A DNA stretch of 50,580 bases from an uncultured cyanobacterium (GCA_963807635.1 CAWEDJ010000065.1:1-50580); one strand, 5' to 3'. Shown: positions 31,617-42,781, counted from the stretch's first letter. The notes: generated by a model from the letters alone, not told the origin. Numbers and translations: made by a program.

Positions 31617-31664
31617 AAACCCTAATTCCATTAACCTTATTATTATTTTCTGTACTAAAAACAT

Positions 31665-32450
31665 ATGACTCAAACCGACCTAAAACCAGCCGTTTACTTT
31701 ATTGGTGCAGGGCCTGGTGATCCTGATTTATTGACCCTCAAAGCCTACAAAATTCTTGCCCAAGCAGATGTTATTTTATACGCCGATTCCCTGGTTCCAA
31801 AACAAATTTTAAAAGACGTTAGAGCCGATGCCCAACTCATTCCGACAGGGAATAAGGTTTTAGAAGAAATTTTACCCTTGATGATCGAAAAAGTTAGGAA
31901 AAATCAAGTAGTTGTTAGGCTTCATTCAGGCGATTTAACTCTTTATAGCGCGATTTATGAACAAATTAAAGCATTAAATGCGGCGGATATTCCCTTTGAA
32001 TTAATTCCTGGCATCAGTGCTTTTCAGGCGGCGGCGGCCAAATTAGCCGTAGAATTAACCGTTCCCGATTTAGTACAAACTATCATTCTCACTCGCATTA
32101 GTGGGGCCGCTTCTGCGGTTCCTGAATCAGAGGAATTAGCCTCCCTGGCCGCCCATAAAGCCAGTCTGTGTCTCTATTTAGCCGCTCGTCATGCGGAAAC
32201 AGCCCAGGCAAAACTATTAGAACATTATGCTCCCGATACCCCCGTGGCCATTTGTTTTCGGGTTGGTTGGGAAGATGAAAAAATTGTCGTTGTTCCCCTA
32301 GAAAAAATGGCTGTGGTGACGCAAGCTGAAAATTTGATCCGCACGACTCTATACATCATCAGTCCTGCCCTAACTGCGAGCCAATCCGTCCGTTCCCAAC
32401 TCTATCATCCTGAACATTCTCATCTGTTTAGACCCCGCAAAAAAGACTAA
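31665..32450 (+). CDS. cobM: precorrin-4 C11-methyltransferase
   Basis: VYFIGAGPGDPDLLT, YADSLV, RLHSGD, ELTVP..VQTIILTR, LAAH.ASL. Confidence 0.93.
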   Translation: MTQTDLKPAVYFIGAGPGDPDLLTLKAYKILAQADVILYADSLVPKQILKDVRADAQLIPTGNKVLEEILPLMIEKVRKNQVVVRLHSGDLTLYSAIYEQIKALNAADIPFELIPGISAFQAAAAKLAVELTVPDLVQTIILTRISGAASAVPESEELASLAAHKASLCLYLAARHAETAQAKLLEHYAPDTPVAICFRVGWEDEKIVVVPLEKMAVVTQAENLIRTTLYIISPALTASQSVRSQLYHPEHSHLFRPRKKD

Positions 32451-32579
32451 ATTCAGATTATTTCGGATTATTTCAGATTTTGGGTTTTAGATTTTCTCTT
32501 GCCGAAAACTGGATATGATTGATCTGTGGATTTTTATCCTGTCCTGTAATCTATTAGTTCAATCTATCTCAAAGATTTC

Positions 32580-33256
32580 ATGGTTAACGTTACTCAGGCT
32601 CACTACACCAATGTTCAAATCGCCACCTGGCTCCGAGGTTTATTAACGATCGCCTGGCCGATGGAGATTATACCGACACAGAACAACAATTTATTACCGA
32701 TCTCGTTCGGGAAATGGGTTTTAAAGATACTGACACCGTTTTATTCAAAACCATTACCCCAGAGGAATTAGTTGAAGGATTAGGGCGCGAGAAAGTGACT
32801 GCCGAAAATTTCCTGAGAACTGCTGTCCTAGTCGCGATCGCCGATGGACTCTATTCCCCCGCCGAATCCCAACTATTGCAGGAATATAGCAAAGCCTTGG
32901 GCATTAAGATAAAAGCCTTAGAATCCCTAGAACATACCCTCTGTGACCCCAATGCAACCCATCCCGATGGTTCCCCCCGATACCAAGACCATCCCCATCC
33001 CGACCTACTGCATCCCATTAAAGACTGGTTAGACGAAATGCCAATTCATGACCATCGTTTAGCCCGCTTTATTTGTAAACTAGTGCCGCCCCAGTGTCCC
33101 TTTGAACGAGATGTCACCCTATTTGGTCATAAGTTGGTGCATATTCCTCCTTTGTGTAAGCTTAATCCCCTCTATGAGCAATTAGTCGGTTTACGCTTTC
33201 GTTCTTTGTCCTATCTCGCTGATGAATGCAAAGAAGATATTTCTGAATACATTTAA
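32580..33256 (+). CDS. TerB-like + 'Mo-dependent nitrogenase C-terminal' domain protein (indel near 32660)
   Basis: WLRGLLTIAW.DG, VAIADG.YS, PPQCPFERD..HIPPLCKLNPLYEQLVGLRFR. Confidence 0.8.
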
Positions 33257-33284
33257 TTGGATAATTGGAGAAAAAATAAAAATC

Positions 33285-33512
33285 ATGAAACAATTCAAGC
33301 AACTCACTTGCATTATTGAAAGGGAAGGAGATTCCTATGTTTCTCTTTGTCCTCAAATCGATATTGCTAGTCAAGGTAACTCGGTAGAAGAAGCCAGAAA
33401 AAATCTAGTTGAGGCAATTGAATTATTCTTTGAAATGGCAAGTCCAAATGAGATTTTAGCAAGAGTCTATTCTGAAATTTATGTAACACAAATTGAGGTA
33501 GCCATTGGGTAA
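33285..33512 (+). CDS. hicB: HicB-family antitoxin (short form)
   Basis: IIEREGD.YV.LCP.IDIASQG..VEEA..NL.EAIELF. Confidence 0.85.
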   Translation: MKQFKQLTCIIEREGDSYVSLCPQIDIASQGNSVEEARKNLVEAIELFFEMASPNEILARVYSEIYVTQIEVAIG

Positions 33513-33723
33513 ATTACGAGTCCTCTCTGCAAAACAAGTCTGTCAAATTTTGATTGAGCATGGCTTTTTGCAAGTTAGACAACGTGGTAGTCATATTATT
33601 ATGCAAAAGAAAATTGATGATTCTAGCATTACGATCCCTGTTCCGAACTACTCAGAAATTAAAATTGGTACACTTCAATCAATTATTAGACAGTCAGGTT
33701 TACCAAGATCCTTTTTTGAATAA
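33505..33723 (+). CDS. hicA: HicA-family toxin
   Basis: GF..VRQRGSH, IPVP, EIKIGTLQSIIRQSGL; overlaps hicB. Confidence 0.88.
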   Translation: MGKLRVLSAKQVCQILIEHGFLQVRQRGSHIIMQKKIDDSSITIPVPNYSEIKIGTLQSIIRQSGLPRSFFE

Positions 33724-33805
33724 ATTCATGGTAATTGTTAGAAATTGCTAGAATAGAAGTAGAAAAAACGATTAAAACTAATAAGACCACCGCAAGCTAT
33801 TAATT

Positions 33806-34818
33806 ATGCAATTTATCGACCACGCCGAAATAGAAGTTGAAGCAGGAAAAGGCGGAGATGGCATAGTTGCCTTTCGTCGAGAAAAATATGTCCCCGCAGG
33901 TGGCCCTTCAGGTGGCAATGGAGGACGGGGAGGATCGGTTATTTTTAAAGCCGTTGAAAATTTACAAACCCTGCTAGATTTTCGTTATGCCCGTTCTTTT
34001 AAAGCTGATGACGGCAAACGCGGTGGGCCGAATAATTGCACAGGAGCGGCAGGAAAAGATACGATTGTGGAAATTCCCTGTGGAACTGTCATTTATGATG
34101 CAGAAACTGGGGAAATATTACAAGATTTGGTCACCGATGGTCAAACATTTTGTGTTGCCCAGGGCGGAAAGGGCGGTTTAGGCAATCAACATTTTTGAGT
34201 AACCGCAACCGCGCCCCTGAATATTCCTTACCAGGTTTAGAGGGAGAAAAACGTCAATTACGGCTAGAATTAAAACTTTTAGCAGAAGTTGGTATTATTG
34301 GTTTGCCTAATGCAGGGAAATCGACGTTAATTTCTTCTTTATCCGCCGCTCGTCCTAAAATTGCGGACTATCCTTTCACTACACTTATTCCTAATCTGGG
34401 CGTTGTCCGTAAACCGACGGGAGATGGAACGGTATTTGCCGATATTCCAGGTTTAATCGAGGGAGCGCACGAAGGGGTGGGCTTGGGCTTCGATTTTTTA
34501 CGTCATATTGAACGTACCCGTTTGTTATTGCATTTAATCGATTTAACTGATAGTGATCCCATTGGGGATTATCACACCATTGAACAGGAATTGTTGGCCT
34601 ATGGTCGGGGTTTGTCAGAACGGCCCCAAATTATTGTTTTGAATAAAATTGATGCTGCCGAAAAAGAAGTAGTGGAAAGGGTTCATCAAGAATTAAGTAA
34701 ACTAACCTCTGTTCCTATTTTGGAAATTTCAGCCGTGACCCGTTTTGGGTTAGATAGTCTCTTACAGGTTGTTTGGGATAAATTAGATGAAATGAAAGCG
34801 TTGACCGAGGAGTTTTAG
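33806..34818 (+). CDS. obgE: GTPase ObgE/CgtA (one-base deletion near 34195)
   Basis: [46 protein letters not shown]. Confidence 0.95.
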
Positions 34819-34909
34819 ATTGATTTTAAGCGATCGCGCTTTTACCCCATTAAAGAATGGTATTAAAATTGAATTAGCATAACTCCAGACAACTTTTATT
34901 TTCATTACC

Positions 34910-35404
34910 ATGACAACCCAAACAACTTCATCTATTTACGATTTTTCGGCCACGAGCATCGAAGGCAATCCCGTTGAACTGAGCAATTACAAAGATAAAG
35001 TGTTGTTAATTGTGAATACGGCCAGTCAGTGCGGTTTTACTCCCCAATACCAAGGTCTCCAGGCTCTTTATCAAAAATACAGCGATCGCGGCCTCGTCGT
35101 TTTAGGGTTTCCCTGTAATCAATTTGGCCAACAGGAACCTGGTAGCACCAGTGAGATCCAATCCTTTTGCGAAACTCGTTTTGGGGTTTCTTTTCCACTT
35201 TTTGAAAAAGTCGATGTAAATGGTATTAATGCCCATCCTTTGTTTAAATATTTAACTAAAGCCGTGCCAGGAATTTTAGGAACAGAAGGCATTAAATGGA
35301 ACTTTACGAAGTTTCTGGTTGATCGTAAAGGAAATGTCGTTAAACGCTATCCTTCCATGACCAAACCCGAAGATTTAGAAAAAGAGATTGAAGCCTTGCC
35401 GTAA
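34910..35404 (+). CDS. gpx: glutathione peroxidase-like peroxidase (Cys type)
   Basis: VNTASQCGFT, LGFPCNQFG.QEP, KWNFTKFLV. Confidence 0.93.
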   Translation: MTTQTTSSIYDFSATSIEGNPVELSNYKDKVLLIVNTASQCGFTPQYQGLQALYQKYSDRGLVVLGFPCNQFGQQEPGSTSEIQSFCETRFGVSFPLFEKVDVNGINAHPLFKYLTKAVPGILGTEGIKWNFTKFLVDRKGNVVKRYPSMTKPEDLEKEIEALP

Positions 35405-35541
35405 AGATTTTTTCGTTACAAAAATACTATGCAAAAGCCCCCTAAGTCTAGTTCTTTGGAAGTGAGAGAATCCTAAGACTTGGGGGATTTGTTGTTATTC
35501 CACACTATCAAAAATCACCTAAGGCGTTGGATTAATGACAG

Positions 35542-36192
35542 TTATTTTTTTAATAGAATAGCGGGTTCAATGGGAGTTAAAACACCTTGATGGATATTCC
35601 AACAGCGATCAGCACTAGGAAGTAATTCCGTCGGATCATGGCTAACAATCAGTAATGTCCAGTGATGTTTGAGTTTATTCAATAATTTTGCTAACTGACG
35701 ACGCATTGACCAATCCAATCCTGCGGTCGGTTCATCCAGTAATAACAAGTTGGGTTGCCGAATCAGTTGAACCGCGAGGGAAAGTCTCCTTTGCTGACCA
35801 CCGCTTAGAGCCTGGGGGGACGCATTCCAATTTAATTGCTCTAGTCCCACTTCCGTTAAAGCTTCCTTGATGCGATCGCTGCTCAATTCGGGATGACCGA
35901 GGCGCAACTCCTCTAAAATGGTTCCGCCACAAAAATGCCGTTCAGGAAATTGAAAGACCAAGCCGCCCAATTGCTGTAAATGGATGGCTTCTAAGGATTG
36001 ATTTCGCCAAAAGATTTCTCCACTGGTTTGTTCGGCCAATCCCGCTAAAATTTCTAATAGGGTTGTTTTACCCGATCCACTGGGGCCAATAATTAAACCT
36101 AACTCCTGGGGAGCCAATTCCAAGTTAACTTCCTTTAAAATGGGGGTTAGTGTTGCAGGTGGATGGTAGCTAACATTTTTTAAATAGAGCAT
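35542..36192 (-). CDS. ABC transporter ATP-binding protein (EcfA/CbiO-like)
   Basis: GPSGSGKT, VFQFPE, LSGGQ, LLLDEP, VSHD. Confidence 0.9.
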   Translation of the reverse strand: MLYLKNVSYHPPATLTPILKEVNLELAPQELGLIIGPSGSGKTTLLEILAGLAEQTSGEIFWRNQSLEAIHLQQLGGLVFQFPERHFCGGTILEELRLGHPELSSDRIKEALTEVGLEQLNWNASPQALSGGQQRRLSLAVQLIRQPNLLLLDEPTAGLDWSMRRQLAKLLNKLKHHWTLLIVSHDPTELLPSADRCWNIHQGVLTPIEPAILLKK

Positions 36193-36417
36193 TAATTTTT
36201 AAATAAAAGTCCTAAGATCTGGAAGAAGCGGTTTTGTCTCAATTCTCTTTGGGAAAATGTTTACACTATCAACGGGGGATGACAGGGAACAAAAACATTC
36301 TACAACCTATTTTAGGGAAACTATTACGAAAAAGTGAGGGGAACTCCATTCATGATTCTCCAATGCCAGACAAATTTTTCAAATATTTCAATTTTTAGCT
36401 ATTTTTAGGAGTAAAAG

Positions 36418-37344
36418 ATGATAAATCTCAAAAAATCGCCTACCCTTTTTTCAATAACCTTTTCTTTGGCGATCGCGACAATAACAAACTTGGAAGCAAG
36501 TATTGCCTGGGCGGGCGATCCTTTCCGAACAACGAACCCGCGTGATATTGACAGCAAAACAGAAGCCGCCTTTATTGCTATTTTTCGAGAAGGCAATTAC
36601 AAAGAAGCCAGACAATTTCTCGATCAGGCAACGGAAGGAGGAAGCAACGAACCCTTAGTCTATGCGATGAAAGCATCATTATATTACGATTCGGCTAATC
36701 TGGAAGAAATGAGAGTTTATGCGGATAAAACGCTACAAACCGCAGAAAAATTAAAAGAGCAAGATCCTCTACGGGGAAATTTATATTTGGCAGTTGGTCA
36801 CTTTATGGAAGGAGCCTATTTGCTCAAAAAAGGGAGTTATCTAGAAGCCGTCAGTAAAACAGGTCAGGTTTTTGATTATCTAGAAATCGCTTCAAAAATT
36901 GATCCCAATGATCCAGAATTCAATTTATTACGGGGTTATCTCGATCTATTTTTATCTAAATACACGCCTTTTTCCCAGTCCGATCAAGTGATTGCTCGTT
37001 TTGAAAAATATGCGTCTCCTAATTATTTAAAAAATCGCGCCCTCACGACCACCTATCGGGATCTCAAAAAATATGATAAGGCAATGGAATATATGGATAA
37101 GGCGATCGCCGAAACCCCAGAAAATCCTGAATTGCAATATCTGAAAGGGCAATTATTAAGACTTCAGGGAAGAGGTAATAAAAATTTAGATCAATTAAAA
37201 GCTTCTCAAAGCTATTTTGAAATGGCAAAACAAAAAGAAGACCAATTACCCCAATCGGTGGTTATTCAGGTAAATCACGAATATAACGCCGTCAAAGACG
37301 AAATTCAAAAATTAGAAGCCAATCCTAATTTGTCGGAATTTTAA
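36418..37344 (+). CDS. exported TPR protein (Sll0314/Alr1548-like)
   Basis: Signal peptide, A.DPFR, DPLRGNLYLAVGHF, TPR units. Confidence 0.75.
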   Translation: MINLKKSPTLFSITFSLAIATITNLEASIAWAGDPFRTTNPRDIDSKTEAAFIAIFREGNYKEARQFLDQATEGGSNEPLVYAMKASLYYDSANLEEMRVYADKTLQTAEKLKEQDPLRGNLYLAVGHFMEGAYLLKKGSYLEAVSKTGQVFDYLEIASKIDPNDPEFNLLRGYLDLFLSKYTPFSQSDQVIARFEKYASPNYLKNRALTTTYRDLKKYDKAMEYMDKAIAETPENPELQYLKGQLLRLQGRGNKNLDQLKASQSYFEMAKQKEDQLPQSVVIQVNHEYNAVKDEIQKLEANPNLSEF

Positions 37345-37387
37345 AAAAGGAAAAGTTCTTTTTGTCCTAAATCTGCTTCAAAAATAA

Positions 37388-37498
37388 TATAGCGGTGTGC
37401 AGTCGTATGAGGTATGGGCAAGGGGCTTAAGCCCCTTGTTAATCGAGCTTTGGCATATCTCTCTTGTATGAATATCGTCTTGTATGAATATCGTTATA
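37388..37498. mobile_element. MITE-like element with perfect 20-bp palindrome
   Basis: Ends TATAGCG/CGTTATA; CAAGGGGCTTAAGCCCCTTG at 37419-37438; 16-bp tandem duplication TCTTGTATGAATATCG at 37462 and 37478. Confidence 0.6.
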
Positions 37499-37515
37499 AC
37501 TTTTCCAGACTTTTT

Positions 37516-38872
37516 TTATTTTTGAGGTTTCATCAAATGTTCTTCAATAAAGTTGGTATAAACATCACCCACTAAAAATGCGGGAGTTTCCAAAATTCTA
37601 CGATGAAAATCAATAGTTGTGGGAATTCCTGTAATCGCACATTCTTTTAAGGCACGTTTCATCCGTTTAATCGCCATTTCTCGGTTGGGAGCCCAAACAA
37701 TTAATTTACCAATCAATGAATCGTAATAGGGTGGGATTTCGTAATCAGTATAAACGTGGGAATCCACCCTGACCCCAGGCCCACCAGGCGGCAAATAGCC
37801 ACTAATTTTGCCTGGATGGGGACGAAAATTTTGATCGGGATCTTCGGCATTAATCCGACACTCGATCGCATGGCCATTGAGATTAACTTGGGATTGGGTG
37901 AGACTTAATTTTTCACCCTGGGCAATCCGAATTTGTTCAGTAATTAAATCCAAACCCGTAATCATCTCTGTGACAGGATGTTCTACTTGAATACGGGTAT
38001 TCATTTCCATGAAATAAAAATTTCCTGAAGCATCTACCAGAAACTCAACGGTTCCCGCTCCTATATAATTGATCGATTTTGCCGCCTTGACTGGCCGCAT
38101 CTCCCATTTTTTGCCGTAATTTGGGACTTAAAAAAGGACTAGGAGCTTCTTCTAGTAATTTCTGATGTCGCCGTTGAATGGAACAATCCCGTTCTCCTAA
38201 ATGAATAACGTTACCATAATTATCGGCTAGAATCTGAAATTCAATATGGCGCGGACGTTCAATAAATTTTTCTAAATAAACACCGCCATTGCCAAAGGCT
38301 GCCTCCGCTTCTCCCTGGGCCGCCTGGAACATTCGTACAAATTCGCTTTCTTCTCGCACCAGACGCATTCCTCGACCCCCTCCCCCTGCCGTAGCTTTAA
38401 TGATCACGGGATAGCCAATTTCTGAGGCCATTCTCAGGGCATCCTGTTCTGATTCGATTAAGCCTGGACTCCCTGGAACAGTGGGAACCCCTGCTTTTTG
38501 CATGGTTTTCTTGGCTGTAGATTTATCCCCCATTGCTCGCATTGCTTCGGGAGAAGGGCCGATAAAGGTAATTTGATGATCGGCACAAATTTCAGCAAAT
38601 CGGGCATTTTCTGCTAAAAAACCGTAGCCAGGGTGAATGGCGGTAGCATTGCGCGTCAGGGCCGCAGAAATAATATTCGGAATATTGAGATAGCTCTTAC
38701 TGCTAGGCGGTGGGCCAATACAGACACTTTCATCCGCTAACTGGACATGGAGGGCTTGACGGTCAATGGTGGAGTGAACGGCAACGGTTGTGATCCCCAA
38801 TTCTTCACAACTATGCAAAATTCGTAGGGCGATTTCCCCGCGATTGGCAATGAGAATTTTGGAAATTTCCAT
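37516..38872 (-). CDS. accC: acetyl-CoA carboxylase biotin carboxylase subunit (indel near 38090)
   Basis: [57 protein letters not shown]. Confidence 0.96.
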
Positions 38873-38932
38873 GTTGTAGGTGCATCTGATCGTGTCTATT
38901 TAGTAGAATATCTGGTTTTGTTCTCTAAGTGT

Positions 38933-39196
38933 TTACTCATTTGCTCGCGTTAAGTCCGACGGGGGGCGATCGCTGCTCCATCCCCACCAGCCTTGCCCGC
39001 ATTCACACTGATAAAATTCTTGCCATTTACGGCGATAATCTTCAGTCATTACTGGCGATCGCCGATTAATCCAAACTCTTTCTGCTTTGCGAGCGGTCTC
39101 CCGACACTGGGGACAATGAAAATCAAAGGAATGAACGGCATGATTAATCCAATCGGGAGGGGTCGGGCTAAAGGCTTCCATTAGGTCTCTTTCCAA
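38933..39196 (-). CDS. small zinc-ribbon-like hypothetical protein
   Basis: CPQC...CECG, Trp-rich, 87 aa. Confidence 0.7.
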   Translation of the reverse strand: MERDLMEAFSPTPPDWINHAVHSFDFHCPQCRETARKAERVWINRRSPVMTEDYRRKWQEFYQCECGQGWWGWSSDRPPSDLTRANE

Positions 39197-39461
39197 GGTT
39201 GGGTCTTCTAGCTGTTGGAGCGGTGGGCTTTCGCACTTACCATCATTTCAATGGTAGATGTTAAGTTTTGAGGGTTTTGTAGCCTTGATTTTAGCTTAAA
39301 TTGTTCATAACGGATGAGTTTTTGAGAATCTTCGGTCTGACAGCACAAACAGAGCCTTCTAAGAAAATACTTGACCAAGAAAGCTCTATACTTTAGGGGT
39401 TTAAGTTTAATTATTAGTTCTAATTTAAATTTACATACCCATCAAAATTTAGTTATTCCCA

Positions 39462-40325
39462 ATGCCCAAGCCCCAATCAGAACAGCTTTCGTCAGTTAAC
39501 CGCTACCAAAATGCCGCTCTCAATTATTATCTGCAACTGACGGGGTCTCCCTATCTCCACTATGGCTACTGGGAACCGTTACCGACCTCTGTCGCAGAGC
39601 GATCGCTGTTTAAATTGCAAATTGCCCAGGAAGCCTATTCCCAAAAGCTTTTAAATTTTATTCCTCCTGAAACCAAGAGTGTATTGGATGTGGGCTGTGG
39701 TATTGGTGGTAACGCGGTGTTTTTGCTTAAACAGGGCTTAAAAGTTGATGGTCTAGCTCCCGATTCCTTTCAGAAGAAAAAGTTTTTAGAGGCAACGGAA
39801 GGGAAAGCGATTTTTCATGACATGAAATTTGAGGACTTTACCGCAACCCAAGCCTACGATTTGGTACTGTTGAGCGAAAGTAGTCAATACATGGCTTCTA
39901 GGGATATTGCTCAGGGGGCGGCTAAAATTCTTAAACCAGGGGGTTATCTTCTGTTAGCAGATATGTTGCGCTCTGACATGGACTACACAGAAGGAATTTT
40001 TTCCAATTGTCATGTTGTTGAAGATCTGAATAAATCTCTTTCTCAATCTGGATTTATTCTAATTAAACAAGAAGATATTTCCCAACAAGTTGCTCCGACC
40101 TTAGATTTGGCGATCGAACATTTTCGTCAATTTGGGTTAAGTACGGGGGAATATATCGGAACGCTCATTAAAATTGCTGTTCCACCCCTTTATGCGTTGT
40201 TAAATTGGGCCTATAAGCGTTGGTTACAAAAGGCGATCGCCGAAGGTCTAGCCGCCAGAACAATTTTTGATAAACACCTTTGCTATGAAATTCAACTCTG
40301 GCAACTTTCAGAAAGAAATAACTAA
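39462..40325 (+). CDS. class I SAM-dependent methyltransferase (tocopherol/sterol MT-like)
   Basis: LHYGYW, VLDVGCGIGG, LKPGG. Confidence 0.85.
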   Translation: MPKPQSEQLSSVNRYQNAALNYYLQLTGSPYLHYGYWEPLPTSVAERSLFKLQIAQEAYSQKLLNFIPPETKSVLDVGCGIGGNAVFLLKQGLKVDGLAPDSFQKKKFLEATEGKAIFHDMKFEDFTATQAYDLVLLSESSQYMASRDIAQGAAKILKPGGYLLLADMLRSDMDYTEGIFSNCHVVEDLNKSLSQSGFILIKQEDISQQVAPTLDLAIEHFRQFGLSTGEYIGTLIKIAVPPLYALLNWAYKRWLQKAIAEGLAARTIFDKHLCYEIQLWQLSERNN

Positions 40326-40490
40326 TAAAAGCACACTAGAAAGCATCCATAACGAAATCGAACACTTCTCCCCTGAAGCCCACGAACTTCTTTTGGACTT
40401 TATCCGTATCCTTGAAAAATGATAGACTGTCAAAAAAATCAGGGAGAATCCCTATATCAAAAATTTCAAGAACAGGGACTTATTGGCTGT
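40326..40490 (+). pseudogene. possible remnant of a small DUF2281-like gene
   Basis: Fragments LESIHNEIEHFSPEAHELLLDFIRILEK* and SLYQKFQEQGLIGCF. Confidence 0.3.
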
Positions 40491-40836
40491 TTTAAAAACG
40501 ATAAAAATGTTTCCATTCATTGCAAATCATTGTTGACAGACCCCTCTCTTCAAACAATTCACCCGATAGGATGAACTCTTTTTTAAAAACAGAAAAATGA
40601 CCTTGCTTGATAAAATATAAAATTTTTATAGTTTTTTTTTGCTGTCTCTGAATCTTCATGCTATAATGTGTTGCGAATACTTTTTCTTTGCATTGAAAGC
40701 GGAAGGGCTTACAAGCATTCATTTCGCTTAAGTTACTGAATGCTTATCTCATTCTTTTTTAGAGAGGAGCAACTTCAATGTCAAAACTTTGACATGATTT
40801 TCTGAAGAAACATTAAGTTTAAATAATCAAAATAGA

Positions 40837-41523
40837 ATGAAACAGCTTCTTTCTTCATCTTTTAAAGATCGATATCGTATAAAAGTTACTACTTATAAAA
40901 AAAGTTGGGCAAGCTTACAGTCGGAATGGAGAATTCTTCTTGCGAAGATAAAAAGACAATTTTTTCGTCCGAAATTCCCTGATTTAGATGGAAAGCTCAA
41001 TCTCCATCTTGGTTGTGGAGAAATTAATCATCCGCAATTTGTTAATGTTGATGGTTTACCTGCTCCTCATATCCATTATGTAAGAAAAATTGATGATCTA
41101 TCATTCTTACCTGCCAACAAAGTAGATTTAATTTATGCTTGCCATTGTTTGGAGCATTTCTCGCATTCAAAAGTATATTACGTCTTAACAGAATGGTTTA
41201 GAGTTTTAAAAAAAGATGGAATTCTCCGTCTATCCGTACCAGATTTTGATCTGTTATTAGGCATTTATAAAGATAACGACAATAGCACTTATTCGATTGT
41301 CGGTATGTTAATGGGAGCGCAAGATTATAAATATAATTTTCACATGGCAATATTTAATCGCTCTGGTTTGACTGACTTACTTCTTAAAGTTGGATTTTCT
41401 GAAGTAAGAGAGTGGAAACCGTGTTCAGATGAGTTAACTACCTTTGATGATTCTTCAGGACGTGAGATTTTAATAAATGGTAAATATTGTCCTGTAAGCC
41501 TTAATCTTGAAGCTAAGAAATAA
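40837..41523 (+). CDS. SAM-dependent methyltransferase (type 11-like)
   Basis: LNLHLGCG, IYACHCLEH, EWFRVLKKDG.L..SVPD. Confidence 0.85.
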   Translation: MKQLLSSSFKDRYRIKVTTYKKSWASLQSEWRILLAKIKRQFFRPKFPDLDGKLNLHLGCGEINHPQFVNVDGLPAPHIHYVRKIDDLSFLPANKVDLIYACHCLEHFSHSKVYYVLTEWFRVLKKDGILRLSVPDFDLLLGIYKDNDNSTYSIVGMLMGAQDYKYNFHMAIFNRSGLTDLLLKVGFSEVREWKPCSDELTTFDDSSGREILINGKYCPVSLNLEAKK

Positions 41524-41547
41524 ATCTTTCTTCTGTTGTATGATCTT

Positions 41548-42705
41548 TTAATTAGATGTCTTATTCATGGTAATTTTTATTGCCAGAGCGAGATGTCTTT
41601 TTATTTTGTAAAATCTCTCTTGTGAAAGAAGACATGAAAATATTTTATAAATGGCAATAAACAAAGTTATGATAAAAGAGGGAATAAGACTTCGCCTCCA
41701 ATAAGCCCTCCAGACGACTTTATTCCAAATAGAGAAAATAATTTTTTCTGGTAAAGTTAAAGGCAATTTATCTGGTAATTCTGCTAGGGCAACATAAATC
41801 GTTCTGTCAATAATACTTCTATCAATTCCAACTAATGTATTAATCAAAGAGATATTCTGAGCATTCCAATCTTGAACCTGGTGGATAACTTTACTAGCCC
41901 AAAAAGAGCTTCGATATTCCCGATCATATTTAATACGGTAACCGAGTCTTTCATTAAAAGTTCCTTGGCTCCAAGTAGTGGGAGTATCTCCTTTTCTCAC
42001 AGAATACATAGTGTAAGGAAATCTTTTCAATCTAGAAAGCAATCCTGAATTATTAAAAGCAAATTTTACATATTTTTCCATACTCCAATCTTGACGATGA
42101 TTCATTTGTTGATATAGCTGATCGGGATTGGCAATAATTGAATAGGCGATCGATAAAACATTGATAATATCATTTCGATGAACAACCGTATGTCTATCAT
42201 TAAGTCCCCCATAATCTTCTCCGTCTGGTACCCAAATAAATCTAGAGTCTAGGAACTCTATTGGTATATGAGGAACTTCATATATAAAATCTGAGCGCGT
42301 TATGATGTACCAGTCATATTTTTCAAGAATGTTATTAGCAATAATTTGCTCTTTTAAAAACCATCTAGAATAAAGTTGTATTGCAGGCGAAAAAAAACGC
42401 ACATTTCCTTCTTTTATTTCCCCTAACCAAAGTTCTTCAATTTCTAGTAATTGTCTCCAATTTCCTTGATAATTTTTGTATTCTTGGGCGGAATCAAAAA
42501 GTTCACTCCAGTCACTAGGTTCTTCAAATGTCCAGACATATTTAGCTTGTTTATAAAACGGATTATCTTTGTCCTCTCTTTGACCATCTCCAACGCAGAG
42601 ACACAAATCTGCCTGAAGACTATCTAAAAAATTATTCTTAAAAGAATCAAAGGTTAAGTCATAACCTCTGGTTTCAGGTAACACAATGATCAGTACAGAT
42701 TCCAT
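41548..42705 (-). CDS. hypothetical protein, glycosyltransferase-like
   Basis: YDWYIITRSD, W.PDGEDYGGLNDR motifs suggest a GT-A-like fold (inference). Confidence 0.55.
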   Translation of the reverse strand: MESVLIIVLPETRGYDLTFDSFKNNFLDSLQADLCLCVGDGQREDKDNPFYKQAKYVWTFEEPSDWSELFDSAQEYKNYQGNWRQLLEIEELWLGEIKEGNVRFFSPAIQLYSRWFLKEQIIANNILEKYDWYIITRSDFIYEVPHIPIEFLDSRFIWVPDGEDYGGLNDRHTVVHRNDIINVLSIAYSIIANPDQLYQQMNHRQDWSMEKYVKFAFNNSGLLSRLKRFPYTMYSVRKGDTPTTWSQGTFNERLGYRIKYDREYRSSFWASKVIHQVQDWNAQNISLINTLVGIDRSIIDRTIYVALAELPDKLPLTLPEKIIFSIWNKVVWRAYWRRSLIPSFIITLFIAIYKIFSCLLSQERFYKIKRHLALAIKITMNKTSN

Positions 42706-42781
42706 AAAAATAGCTGTTGCTCTAATCTATAAATTCTTTTAATTATAATTATCGTGATATTAAAAGATTAACATATATAAC

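Noticed and set aside
32451..32480. Three imperfect 10-bp tandem units after cobM
   Set aside because: Short low-complexity tandem repeat without spacers; not CRISPR.
32580..33256. Evidence of nitrogen fixation
   Set aside because: The domain name is historical; no nif genes or nitrogenase motifs are present in the window.
34185..34205. Programmed frameshift in obgE (and likewise accC)
   Set aside because: Explained by a missing base in a homopolymer, matching the window-wide error pattern.
35437..35490. Imperfect inverted repeat between gpx and the ABC ATPase
   Set aside because: Probably a terminator or decayed repeat between convergent genes; single copy and too degenerate to classify.
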